64,000 nt of DNA from Eledone cirrhosa (lineage: Eukaryota). A program made the translations under genes and the position numbers. Under the pieces are notes generated by a model that worked only from the letters and a program-made list of their open reading frames with translations, made no database searches and was not told the DNA's origin. Of this stretch, positions 8,911 to 21,428 are shown piece by piece. The stretch lies in assembly GCA_964016885.1 (NCBI GenBank), contig OZ024740.1, forward strand, positions 408,146,001 through 408,210,000, given 5' to 3'. How positions within the stretch are numbered: position 1 is the first letter of the stretch; the number at the start of each line of letters is the position of its first letter.

Positions 8911-11714
8911 CCACTTATACAGTGTCATCTTGATATATAAATTCCTGTCCAGGGGAGTGTAGATCCTGATCTATACACTTCAGACAATGTTAAAAGTTTG
9001 TCATTTAGATTGCTGCTTTACTACTTCTTAGTATTGTAAATGTAACATACAAAAAATGACTGATAAATACTTAGTGACCACAAAAGCAGCTGCTAGTTTT
9101 TATTGGAATGTGTCCAATGTGAAATTGTTTTGATTGGCTTAATGAGAAGTGAAGTGATTATAATATTGTTTTGGTTGTTAAGTAGATGATATTCTCTCTT
9201 ATCATAACTGTGTTTTTGACATAAACATGGCTAAAGGTCTATTGAAATTTATGATTTTGTATTGTTTTGTTTCATCTATTGCTGCATTTTAAAATGAGAA
9301 AACGATGAAAACTCATGCTAAAGCAGAAAACCTGAGTGTTTTATCAGTATGGTAGCATATATAACATATCTTTTGCTTGCAGCTGTAGAGAAATAGGAGA
9401 CAGAAGCACGGTACTGAAATAACTACAATAATTTTTGCAATTTTCTTGAAAGCATTATGTTGAAGGTTTTAATAAATTTTACTTTATTTGAAATTTTATT
9501 TTGTAAGGAAGAATACCGACTTATTTATGAAATTCTTTATTTGAGTGTAATATATCCTTTAATTCTGTTGAAAATCCACTTGATACGATATCAGTATGAG
9601 ACAAATCATTGCTCGAAATAGGTATATTAGTCCTGTTGTAAAAGTCACGATCTGTTCCACAATCAATAGCTAGTTTTATCTATTGAATCCTTTCATGAAT
9701 TTCATATATGAGATATTGTAAAACTGAAACTGGGATTTCTTAATACTTCTTAATTCTTGTGATGAATTGAGGTAGTGAATTGGTAGAGGTGTAAGAGAGT
9801 TGGATAAAATACCTTACAACATTTGTTCCAGCTCTCTGTGCTCTGAGTTCAAATTCCACTGAAGTCAACATTTCACTTTTCTGGAGCTAATAAATAAAGT
9901 ACCAGTCTAGGACAGTGGATTGGCAGAATTTTGGGAGCATTGGACAAGATGCCCTGTAGTGTGTCTCTTCTGGCTCTTTATGTTTTCAGTTAAATTTTTG
10001 CCACTGATGGTTAAAGTTGATCACCCAAGAATAGAACCAAAGGGTGGAGTAGGATTATGGCCATCTGCTATTGCAGTCAAATAATTATTATAATGATTAT
10101 GAATTGTTGCAACATCAGCTGTATTTGAAGCAGTAGGAATTCTAACTACCTGACCACTTGATTGGTAAATTCCATTAGATAACTAACTACAGCTGTCATT
10201 TGGAATCGAGTATAACTTGGTAGCATGTACAATGTTTTCAGTAAGGGTTTTAGATACTTATGGATTTGTGAACAGATACAGGTATCCTCATAACCCTTGA
10301 TCCAAGAAAACATCCAGGATATGAGAGCTGAAAGAAGGGAGAGAGCTGCATTAACTTTGAGCTGGTACTCATGTAGTTGTGAACAAATACAGATACTCTC
10401 TCAACCTTTCCTCCCTTGATCCAACGAAACATCCAGGATGTAGCAGCTGAAAAGTGAGATGGGCTGCATCAACACTGAGCTACTTTTTATCAACTTCAAA
10501 AGGATGAAAGGTAAAGTCTTGGTATAATTTGAACACAGAAAAATAGGAACAAATATTCAATACACTAATCACTCTGCGAAATCGATAGATAATAATTAAA
10601 ATCGAACTTTATCAATGTCATAATGTCATGCAATTAAGCTAGGTCAGAATGTCATCTTTAAATATTTTCTACTAAAGTTGCAGCTCTATCATTTTGTGGA
10701 ATCATCTTAATTAGCTTTCAGGAATGAAATTATGTGCCAACACACCTTCTCTAATTATGTTACACTTGCCTCAATTGATGGAAACATGTGACATTTCTTT
10801 TATCCCCAAGATGTGCAATCTCTCTGACTCTGCCATTTACTGAACTATCAACTATTTTTCTAATATCTGAAATATGTAGAAATAATCTTAATCAACCATC
10901 CTTCATCACTTGTCTCTATTCTTCTCTAGTGGCCACCATTATAGTTTCTATAACACCAGATCTACTGGAGGGCTACTTGTTATGTGTTTATATGATAGGC
11001 CACATTTGGTTATATCTCACTATATCTGCACTTGAAAGTTTTTTCTGCAAGAGGGAGGCCCAGGCAAAGTTTTTTTGTGTAAGACCAACAGTCATCCACA
11101 CATGCAAGTCTCCTCTTTCCACACCACTGATGTCCAAGGGAGAGACAAAGTGCAATATAGCTTGGCATCAGTAATATCATAGGTGAACTCAAGCCAGAAC
11201 AAATACTGCAAAATATTTAATCCATAGTTCTTATGACAAATCTTTCTCTAACTATGGTTAACAATTCAGAATTGTTATAAATGCCGAGATTCATACTTTC
11301 TGATCATCTCTCATGGTGATCTTACATGTATAGCTTCTACAAAACTGTACTCCATAGACTAAGCTTAGTCTTTAGTGTCAGGAAATCTTTCAACTGTGAT
11401 CAGGTGCTGATCCTCGATAAAGTTCAGGTGCCACCTTGGAGTAGTGCTCATACACACACACACACACATTTTTATCATAGCTGTGAAACTATACCAGTGA
11501 CTCAGGGATATTTAAGTGATAAGTGTGCTTAAACATGAAACTCTGGGTACTTAAGACACTGGTATAGTTTCATAGCTATAGTAAAATATCTATCACTCTA
11601 CCCATGTATTGACTTTAATTTCTCCTGTTTGTACAGTCAAACCTATTTATATTATATATCATCATCGTCATTTAATGTCTGCATTTCTAGACTCCATGGA
11701 TTGTCCTATATAAG

Positions 11715-12108
11715 AAAAATGACACTGGCTCGAGATCTTTGGAGCCATGCAGTTGTACAGAAGACCCGATTGCCATTGCATACAAATCTACAGTCAGTAG
11801 GCACCTCTTAACCCAATGTACACCCCACCCCACACACACTACACCATCCTCCCATTCTCGTTCCATCTACTGTGTCGATGACACAACAGTCCACGCTGTA
11901 AGGTGGTCGTGTAGGAGACACGGTAAAAAGACACCCAGTCCACACTGTAAATGTGGTTGGTGTTACGCAAGGCATCCAGCTGTAAAAAAACCTGCCAGAG
12001 ACACTTCCGTACAAGCGAGAAACGGTCTCCTGACCATTCCCGCATTAAATGGAACAAAACTGTCTAATCCATGGTAGCTTGGAAGATGGGCATTAAACGA
12101 TGATGATA
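11715..12108 (+). mobile_element. RTE LINE 3' fragment
   Basis: MTLARDLWSHAVVQKTR, then 3'UTR tandem units and an (ATG)n tail. Confidence 0.8.
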
Positions 12109-12115
12109 TATATAT

Positions 12116-12116
<1 letters not shown>

Positions 12117-12146
<30 letters not shown>

Positions 12147-14722
12147 CTGTTTTACGTCCGTTCTTCCACGCTAGCATGGGTTAGACGGGTTGTCCTGTTG
12201 TGGGCAGTGTCCGGTCGGCTGACCTTGTCTTGCTCATACGGGAACTGATTCTGGCTTGATTTCTACAGCTGGATGTCCTTCATAACACCAACCTCATTTA
12301 CAGTGATTGCTGGGTGCTTTTTTGCCATGGCACCTCCACGGCCACTTTGCAGTGGGAGGGTGTGGGGGCATATTGTCTATATGCTTCAGCTTTGGCTTGT
12401 ACCCGTGGGGGGTTGGGTCTTCTGTATTACTGCGTGACGCCAGAGGTCACGGTCGTGTGTCATCGCCTTTGAGAGGTGTAATTGGGTAAAGTCGGCTTTT
12501 ATCACCTCATCCCAGGTCTTCTTGGGTTTTCCCACTCCGCGGTTTCCATCGACTTCTAGTGCTCTGTACCTTTTTATGCAGCTGGCATCCTTCATACGCA
12601 TCACATGTCCATACCAACGCAACCGCCTCTCCTGCACACAGCATTTAATTCCTCTTATGCTCAGTCTCTCTCTCAATTCATTTATGCTTTGCCGTTCGCG
12701 TATATTACTATTACACATCCATCGAAGCATGCAGGTTTCATTTCTTTCTAATCTACGCAAGTCTTCCACAGTCAGCGCCCTGGTCTCACTACCATGTAGC
12801 ATTGCTGTTTGTATACACACATCATACAGTCTGCCTTTCATTTTGAGGGAAAAGCCTTTTGCAGTTAGCAGTGGCAGCAGCTCCCTGAACTTCTTCCATC
12901 CTGTTCTTACCCTAGTTATTGTACTTTCCGAACACCCACCTCCGCTGTTAATTCAGTCACCTAGGTAGCAGAAGCTCTCTACTGTTTCTACAGAGTCCTC
13001 CCAGAGTTTGGTGGTACTTGTTTCCTGTGGCTGTTTGCTGCTTGTTGTTCCAGCACAGCTGCTACATGTGAGGCCTACATTCTTAGTTAAACTTCCTGAG
13101 ATCCCACTACATCTCTTGTGTACCCATTGTTTGCATTTGGGGCAGTGGATGGAGTTCCTACATACTGAGCAAGGCCATTTCCCTGAGAGGATCTAGGTTC
13201 TGTTTTCTTGTCTACTTACAAGAACCTTAGTCTTTGTCAGGTTGTCTTTGAGACCCTTTCTTTCTAGTCCCTGCTTTCAAGTTTGGAATTTCTTCTCTAG
13301 TTCTACCATAGATTCAGCTATAAGTGTGAGGTCATCTGCATACAGGAGTTCCCATGGGCATCTGGTCTTAAACTCCTCCGTTATTGCCTGCAGGACTATG
13401 ATGAAGAGGAGGGGGCTAATAACAGAGTCCTGGTGGACACCGACCTGTACGCTAAATTCCTCGCTATACTCATTGCTAATCCTAACTTTGCTGACTACTC
13501 TCCTATCCATGGCTTGTATAGCTTTCACAAGCCATTCATTTACTCCTAGTTTTCTAAGAGCCCATCAGATTATATTATGGGGAACTCTGTCAAAGGCTTT
13601 CTCGAGATCGACGAATGCCAGGTAGAGTGGCTTACTTTTAGCTAGGTACTTTTCCTGTAACTGCTTCACAAGGAAGATGGCATCAGTGGTGCCTCTTCCT
13701 GGCAGAAACCCAAATTGCATCTCATCTAGTTTCACCCGGTCCCTAATCAACTGTGCTATAACTTTTTCTGTTACTTTCATGACCTGGTCCATCCTCTATC
13801 TAGTGCATCACCTTTACCTTTGTAGCAGTTGACAATGATGCTACTGCACCAATCCTTTGGTATGACACCTAGTATTACCTGGTTAACAATATGTGTGGTT
13901 ATAGTGTGACCTACCGACCCAGATGCCTTCAGCATCTCGGCAGCTATACCCGATGGACCGGTTGCCTTCCCCATCTTCATATCTTTGATTGCTTTACTTA
14001 CTACGCTGCTGCTGACTTGTACTGCCGGCCCCTCTATAGGGTCTACTTGGGGTAGGCTCTCTTCTTGCCATGCATTCTCCTCATTTAGTAATCTATCATA
14101 ATGGCTCTTCCACGCATTTTTCTTCTCAGGACTTGTGAGGGCAAGCTCACCTTTATCATTCCAGATACACTTCTCTCCAATGACATCACAATTCTCTCTG
14201 ACACACTGCCTCGCAATCTTGAACACCTCCTGTTTCTGGTCCTCACGTTGAAAAACATGCTTGAATTTTCTATCCTCTGCTTCCCTTCTAGCTAAGTATA
14301 CTTGTTGCCTAGCTTCCCTCCTAGTCTCTATGTAATGTACCCTGCTTCCCCCATTCTTCCATTCTTTCCATGCCTGTCTCTTGGCCTTAACTGCCTCATC
14401 TACCTTATTGTTCCACCACAAAGTCACTCTCCTCCTGCCTGTGGTCTTACTCCAGCCACAGATCTCATCCGTCGCCTCTAGTAAGTTATTTTTTAGGAAC
14501 TCCCAGTGCTCTTCTACATTGAATGTCTCTATCTGTTCTTCTTTACTGTCGTAGGCTTTGAGTAAAATATCTTTAAATCTGTTACTGACTGAGGGGTCTT
14601 TCAGCTTCCAGATCTTTCTTCTCCAGGTTGGCTTCTGTTTCCAGGTTTGTCTAGTTCTGACCGTGAGGTCGCTGACAACTAAGCTATGTTGGGAGGTACA
14701 TTCCTCACTAGGGAAGGCTTTC
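12117..14722 (-). mobile_element. RTE-clade LINE, 5'-truncated, 2.6 kb, disrupted ORF
   Basis: End of APE domain (EECTSQHSLVVSDL), WWN linker, RT motifs (QFGF.PGRGTTDAIF, FVDLEKAFDRVP, GVHQDSVISPLLF, LLYADDL, FCYLGD), RRLRWYGHV.R...G.PKKTW, (CAT)n tail; in-frame TGA stops and a deletion near 13790. Confidence 0.95.
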
Positions 14723-15111
14723 TGCCTAAATCAGAAATCATTATTTAGGAGATTTCAAAAAGGTTTTGAATTAATTTATATTTTATTTTTTAGTTGTGTG
14801 TGTGTTGTATACATTAAAAAAAATTATCATTAGCATTTTTGAATCACCAAACTGTAGTTAAAACATCAAGATGAATGGTTTTCATTTTTAATGTCAAAAT
14901 ATGAAGAAGGCAATGCAAATGAAAAGTGTAAATTGTCCTGACTAAACTGACCAATGCTTGCTGTATTGGGGAAATATTTAGAGATATTTCACATAGTGTG
15001 TTAAAGTTAAAATATCTAACTGTCAAGTAATCATATATCTATCATACAGGTTTACAAAAAGTAACTATGGTTACAGAGGAGGTTAATAAGGCAAATTAAA
15101 AATCTAATATA

Positions 15112-16075
15112 TAGCAGCAAACAGCCACAGGAAACAAGTACCACCAATCTCTGGGAGGGCTCTGTAGAAACAGTAGACAGCTTCTGCTACCTAGGTGACC
15201 GAATTAGCAGCGGAGGTGGGTGTTCAGAAAGTACAATAACTAGGGTAAGAACGGGATGGAAGAAGTTCAGGGAACTACAGCCACTGCTAGCTGCAAAAGG
15301 CTTCTCCCTCAAAATGAAAGGCAGACTGTATGATGCATGTATCCGAACAGCAATGTTACATGGTAGTGAGACCTGGGCGCTGAAGGTGGAAGACTTACGT
15401 AGATTAGAGAGAAACGAAGCCTGCATGTTCCGATGGATGTGTAATAGTAATATACGCGAACGACAAAGCATAAATGAATTGAGAGAGAGACTGAGCATAA
15501 GAGGAATCAAATGCTGTGTGCAGGAGAAGCAGTTGCGTTGGTATGGACATGTGATGCGTATGAAGGATGACAGTTGCATAAAAAGGTGCAGAGCACTAGA
15601 AGTCGATGGAAACCACGGAGTGGGGAGACCCAAGAAGACCTGGGATGAGCTGATAAAAGCCGACTTTACCCAATTACACCTCTCAAAGGCGATGACACAC
15701 GACCGTGACCTCTGGCGTCACACAGTAATACAGAGTACCCGACCTCCCATGGGTACAAGCTGAAACATATAGACAATATGCCCCACAACCTCCCACCGCA
15801 AGGTGGTCGTGGAGGTGCCACGGCAAAAAAGCACCCAGCCCACACTGTAAAGTGGACGTGTAGGCGCCACGGAAAAAGCACCCAGCACTCACTGTAAATG
15901 AGGTTGGTGTTAGGAAGGGCATCCAACTGTAGAAACCAAGCCAAAATCAGTTCCTGTATGAGCAAGACAAGGTCAGCCGACCAGACACTGCCCACAACAG
16001 GACAACCCGTCTAACCCATGATAGCGTGGAAGAACGGACGTAAAACGGTGATGATGATGATGATGATGATGATGA
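15112..16075 (+). mobile_element. RTE-clade LINE, 5'-truncated, ~960 bp
   Basis: Inverted, diverged copy of 12117-13042; ORF 15314-15763; (GAT)n tail. Confidence 0.95.
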
Positions 16076-16079
16076 ATGA

Positions 16080-16215
16080 CTGGAGGACTGCGGGGCTGTG
16101 TCAGGGATATTTTTTCTGAACACTTAAAATAAGTTGGATTACTTTGAATAAATCATGAATGAATATTATGTAATTTATCTACTAAATTCTGTAGCTCTTG
16201 ATTAAACAAATATTT
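16080..16215. repeat. Dispersed repeat of unknown class
   Basis: AAAATAAGTTGGATTACTTTGAATAAAT..GAATGAATATTA..TAATTTATCTACTAAATT recurs at 36195-36330. Confidence 0.7.
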
Positions 16216-17025
16216 TTATGTATTGCTTATTTTAAGATTCACTTCTTTCCAGTTAGTGTCCATTATATCATAACACTTCGCCAAACGCTATATCACATTG
16301 CTTATATAAACGTCCATATATTTGCATCATAATGTTTATATTTCCGTCGCTAATTCCTTCCTTTTTCATTTTCATAACATTTTGCTGTAATGCAGTTTAT
16401 ATATAATGTCTTTTTAAATGTATCATGGATTACTTTACTGATTACAGAAGAGAGTGTAACACAGTCTCTCTTCAATTTACTTTTCATTTGACATATCCTA
16501 TCTACATGCATATATATTTGCATATAATATCAATACACACACTACTTTGGGTGGTTTTTCTGCTAGTAAAGCTAATTATTAATTTCACTGTAGTGTATTT
16601 TCATGAATCTAACATGATCTTGGAATTTCTATCATAGAACATATGTGAGCTGAGTGAATAGCTGAGCATTGAAGAAATCAGTTGTGATATGTGATACATA
16701 TAGGTGCTGGTTGAAAATGGGCCATGTGCTGTATGTGGGAGAGTTACCTATTAAGAGGAAGGCTTAGGGAAGAAATGAAGTCACTGAGTCTCAGGATACT
16801 GAACCTCACAGAAGAGATGAAAAACCAAGATGATTTAGTGATATGCTGTTTGACAGACTTATCCAATCTATGCTAGCATGGAAGTATGAAGGCTAAGCCA
16901 TTGATTATTAGGATGATGATAATAATTGCTTACCCTATAATTCTGATTTCTTATTTCCTATTATTACCTCATATTACTTGTTTAACTTATTAGCCTTTGC
17001 AATCCCATATTCCCTCTCCTCATTT

Positions 17026-17368
17026 CATCATCATCATCATTTTATTTTACGTCCGCTTTTTCCCTGCTTGCAAGGGTGGGACGGGAACTGATTTTGGCTT
17101 GATTTCTACAGCTGGATGCCCTTCCTAACACCAACCTCATTTACAGTGAGTGCTGGGTGCTTTTTTTGCTGTGGCACCTCCACAACCACTTTGCAGTGGA
17201 ATGATAGGGACCCCAGTCCCTATCATCTCATTTCTACAGCTGAGTAAACTGGAGCAATGTGAAATAAAGTGTCTTGCTCAAGGAAACAACACATCACCCG
17301 GTCTGAGAATTGAACTCACAACCTTTTGATTGCAAGGCCAATTCTCTAACCACTAAGCCATGTGCCTC
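17026..17368 (-). mobile_element. tRNA-CORE SINE with RTE-derived tail, near full length
   Basis: Reverse complement of 20246-20588. Confidence 0.92.
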
Positions 17369-18210
17369 AAACTAAATATATATATATATACACGCACTGT
17401 CTATCCCTTGTTCTTGAATATGATTTTAAAGAAATTTTCTAATAAACAACCCTTAAGGATAAACATATTCCAAAATTTCAGTTTTATTGATATTTTCGAT
17501 GTAATTTTCAACAATATATGTATTCAGAATAAATGTGGTTTAAGATGCTATAAATATTTTTTTAAAAATAATATAATATATAATTTTTCAATACAGTGTG
17601 ACATTTTTATCAAAATGTAAAGCAAGCAAAAAATAAATAATGAAATAAAGCAAAAAGGTGAGTGGTGTAAAATATATACTCAATGTGAACAAGAAATAAA
17701 AATCTTGGTAGCAAAAAAGACAGATTCATCTACTTCCTATTAATATCTGAAAATGGTTGAGAATAATTTATACATAAGTTTATCTGACAAGTGGCTCATC
17801 TAACTTATCCTGTTTTCAACAATTCTCTCAGGCAATTGTGTATTTTCCCCATTGTAAATGCTGCAGGGCAAACTTATATTAACAAAAATTATTTCTGTTT
17901 TGTCGCTATCTAATTTTTATAGGATCCTGAACATTCGATGATATTTATTGCTTTTGTGTAAATTGTTTCATTTGTGTACATACATTTCTTTTCATTTTTC
18001 ACTATGGTGTCTCATAAATACTGACTTATCCACAGTTGAATTATACTATTTTCAATATTTTGAGAGAAAAAACAAACTACAAATTATAATTGAAACTAGT
18101 TGGTAAGAGCATAGGACATGCTTAAGCATAACTGTCCATTAATATCTATACGTATGGCTGTAAATAAAAACCATTAATCTGGATACCTAAATATGGAATG
18201 TTACGTGATG

Positions 18211-18583
18211 CCCCCCCCCCCCCCCCCCCCCCGCCTCCACACACAGCCCTGGCGGACAGGATGGAGAAGGCGTTCCCACGGAAGATGGCAAGGGAGACAC
18301 GCTGGAAAAGCCACTCCAATTCGCGGGTTTCAAACCTATGGCTGGCCAGCTCAGCGCCTATGGTGGTGAGTAGGTAAGTAGCCCTAGGGCCGAGGACACC
18401 AGAAGTCTCCACTGCTAGGGGTACAACCGCAAACCTGTCGGAGAGTGACCGGTAGTTGAGGAGCTTGGCCTCCTCAGCCCGATGTGCAGCAGAACCTGGG
18501 TTAGTCACAGACTGCACCAGGTTGCGGCTGCAGAAAGTGTCGGTGCAAGTAGCATCCCAGATGAGAGGTTTGCCATTGTGGTA
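18211..18583 (-). mobile_element. CRE-like non-LTR element 3' fragment (restriction-like endonuclease) ending in poly(G)
   Basis: GKPLIWDATCTDT...GSAAHRAEEAKLLNY..L...F..VPLAVET.G.LGP.A...WLFQRVSLAIFRGNA is the CRE-type RLE C-terminal pattern; GC-rich; 22-C run at 18211-18232. Confidence 0.8.
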
Positions 18584-19049
18584 TTTATTCAGCTTGAAAT
18601 CATTCCCAGAGGATGAACCCCTCTCTGGACTTCTTCCACCGACTTCTGTCCCTTGCCATAATCAGGATCAGCTATTAGAATTTTTTTTAATTAGTCATCT
18701 TGTTATCAAGATAAAGCTGTCTGGCAAATTTAAATGTCATGATAATATCTACAAATGGAGTTGTTTGTTGTTTGTTGTTATTGTTGGTATTTTTAGTTGT
18801 TACAAGAGATCTTGTGATCATGAAAAAAGACTTAACTCTATCTAGTTTATGCCCCTCTCCAAAAAAGGGAATAATCTATATCAAGCTATATTTGATGTAG
18901 TGAGCATAAAAAATCTAATTAGAATTATTTATGCAATGAGAAAAAGATACCATTTGCTCAATTAATAATATTTTGATTCCTTTGGTAATCATGGGAGACA
19001 AATTTGAACAAGTTTCATTTTTTTTTAGACAAACACATTGAAATTTATG

Positions 19050-19090
19050 CTTTGCTGATGAGGTATAATATGATCAAAACATGTTCAGAG
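19050..19090 (+). ncRNA. Degenerate minimal hammerhead ribozyme
   Basis: CTTTG-CTGATGA-GGT(ataatatg)ATC-AAAAC-AT-GTT-CAGAG; stems I, II and III pair; core GAAA reads AAAA (G-to-A at a CpG). Confidence 0.65.
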
Positions 19091-20245
19091 TTGACTCCTC
19101 TACTTGCCAAAGGGATTAATATAGTATTAGTCATTCAGTTAGTTTTTTCCTCATTACTTCAGTATTCCTAATTAGATCTTTAAATATGTTAAAGCAAACT
19201 TAACTATTGTTTTTCAGGTAGATCAGGTGTTTGATATATTTCCTCAGCAATCTATCTATAGAACACTATCAAATACCTGTGTTGTATTGGCTAGTGTTCT
19301 ATTCAGAGTATTGATGTATCAAGTAGATGTCAGTCCTGTTCAGCTGGAGGATTTAGTTCATTTCAGTAATAAATCTTGGTTCAATAAAGCATTATAATTA
19401 TTAAAAGTGTCAATTATAATGAAATATATGGGTAGAGAAGGGTAGATATTGATAGTGTGTCCACCTTTCTTTACAATGTGATGACATATATTTGAGATTG
19501 TCATCTTTGGAATAGATTTGATGAAATAAATAAAAATAAGAAGAAAAAAGTAAGCTATCAAATTCCAATCCTCCATTATCTCAGCCAGGTTTGTCAACAT
19601 TTAAAACTTTCAAACATATCAGACACTGAATAATGTTTATAAACAAAGACCATGTTGTCTTCAAATAGGCCATATACCATTAATCTATATTTCATGAAGA
19701 ACTGGTTACATAGAATCACAATCCAGAAACTCTGTGGTGCTATTTGTTCCAGTCTAAGAGAGAGGACATCTTGAAGCTGGTCTTTAAAAAAACTACCAGA
19801 ATTGGAGGTGCAAGATCTATCAACTAAAAACAAGATCTTTCAGTTCATAGAAGCTAAAAAAAGCTTCAACAACTGAAACATTTAGTGGCTTTATAACTGT
19901 GCTTTGTTATCACCTTTTTTCTTATTTTGCTCCTTTTGCCTCCTTTTCTCTTTCTCTTTCTCTCTCTCTGTCTTTCTCTTGTTTTTGTGTCTTAATTATA
20001 AGGGGTGTTGTCATGGTTTACTAGTTCTCTACAGACGTTTTAATTGATCAAATAAATAATTAATAAATAAATCATGTCAGAACATGCTTTATTAAATCGT
20101 GAAAGTAAATCAATATAGAATCAATTCCTAAATAGAAATGTATGATACAGAAAAGCTGGACATCCATCCTCATCCACACACTCACATACTCCATCATCAT
20201 CATTATTGATGTGTATGGAGTAAAATAATTATCATTAATGTTAAT

Positions 20246-20588
20246 GGAGGCACATGGCTTAGTGGTTAGAGCATTGGCCTTGCAATCGAAAGGTTGTGAG
20301 TTCAATTCTCAGACCGGGTGATGTGTTGTTTCCTTGAGCAAGACACTTTATTTCACATTGCTCCAGTTTACTCAGCTGTAGAAATGAGATGATAGGGACT
20401 GGTGGTCCCTATCATTCCACTGCAAAGTGTTGTGGAGGTGCCACGACAAAAAAGCACCCAGCACTCACTGTAAATGAGGTTGGTGTTAGGAAGGGCATCT
20501 AGCTGTAGAAATCAAGCCAGAATCAGTTCCTGTCCCACCCTTGCAAGCAGGGAAAAAGCGGACGTAAAATGAATTGATGATGATGATG
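20246..20588 (+). mobile_element. tRNA-CORE SINE with RTE-derived tail, full length
   Basis: A-box TGGCTTAGTGG, B-box GAGTTCAATTC, CORE-like domain, internal hairpin, RTE 3'UTR piece, (ATG)n. Confidence 0.93.
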
Positions 20589-20592
20589 TTAT

Positions 20593-20737
20593 CAAGGGCA
20601 TTCAACTATAGAAACCAAGCCAGAAACAGTCCTGTATGAACAAGACACGGTCATTTGATCTGACTTGTCTCACAATGGGACAACTTGTGTAACCCATGCT
20701 AGTGTGAAAATGGTGTTAAATGGTGATGATGATGATG
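20593..20737 (+). mobile_element. RTE 3' end fragment
   Basis: AAGGGCATTCAACT.TAGAAACC...AACCCATGCTAGTGTG...(GAT)n. Confidence 0.8.
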
Positions 20738-21377
20738 TTAGGTGTTACTAACAAGTTGTTCTAATCAGTTCTGTTGAAATAGATATGTAGGAAAGAAAGA
20801 CTGGGGAAAAATACTACCTAAAATTTTGAAATAATTTTGAAAATAGTTGAGAATTCTCATTATTTATTTGGTGTTTGCAATAAATATAACTTAACACAAG
20901 GGTTTTACATAAAGTTATGATGGAAACCTTTTAGATAAATATAAACACTTTAAAATATGCAGCTTAGTATCATAGAGTCAGTGGTGGTTTTAAGAGTTTG
21001 ATATCAAAAGAGTTAAACATTTAGTGATAGCATTTTGATCTTTTTATCCCTCAATATAAGTAATATGTCTGTTTTGGGACCATGCAGTACACCATATGTG
21101 ATACAGAATTGAAGTAACGTCATGTAATATCAATATTATTGTTATTCTTACATAGTTGAACACTTTGACTGAAGTCAAGATATATAAAAAATTAAAAAAT
21201 ATCACTGGGGTTATTTACTCAGAGATATTATCCATGTGAAAAACAATAGTTAAGTATATGTTACTATATTTAATGCAGTGAGTATAACACAATTTAATCA
21301 AATAATATATTGAGAGGAAAAGATAACATTAATTCAATGAGTAGTATTATTTTAATCATATTTGCAAGGTTGTGAGA

Positions 21378-21428
21378 CAACTCTGGACATGTTTCAGTTA
21401 TATTAGACCATCTCAGTGAAGCATAGAT
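21378..21428 (-). ncRNA. Degenerate minimal hammerhead ribozyme, homologous to 19050-19090
   Basis: Minus strand TATGCTTCA-CTGAGAT-GGTCTAATATAACT-GAAAC-AT-GTC-CAGAGTTGTCTC aligns with the 19046-19097 copy; GAAAC/GTC intact, CTGANGA box altered. Confidence 0.6.

Noticed and set aside
20246-20320. tRNA gene
   Set aside because: A and B boxes are present but the acceptor and anticodon stems do not pair; it is the SINE head.
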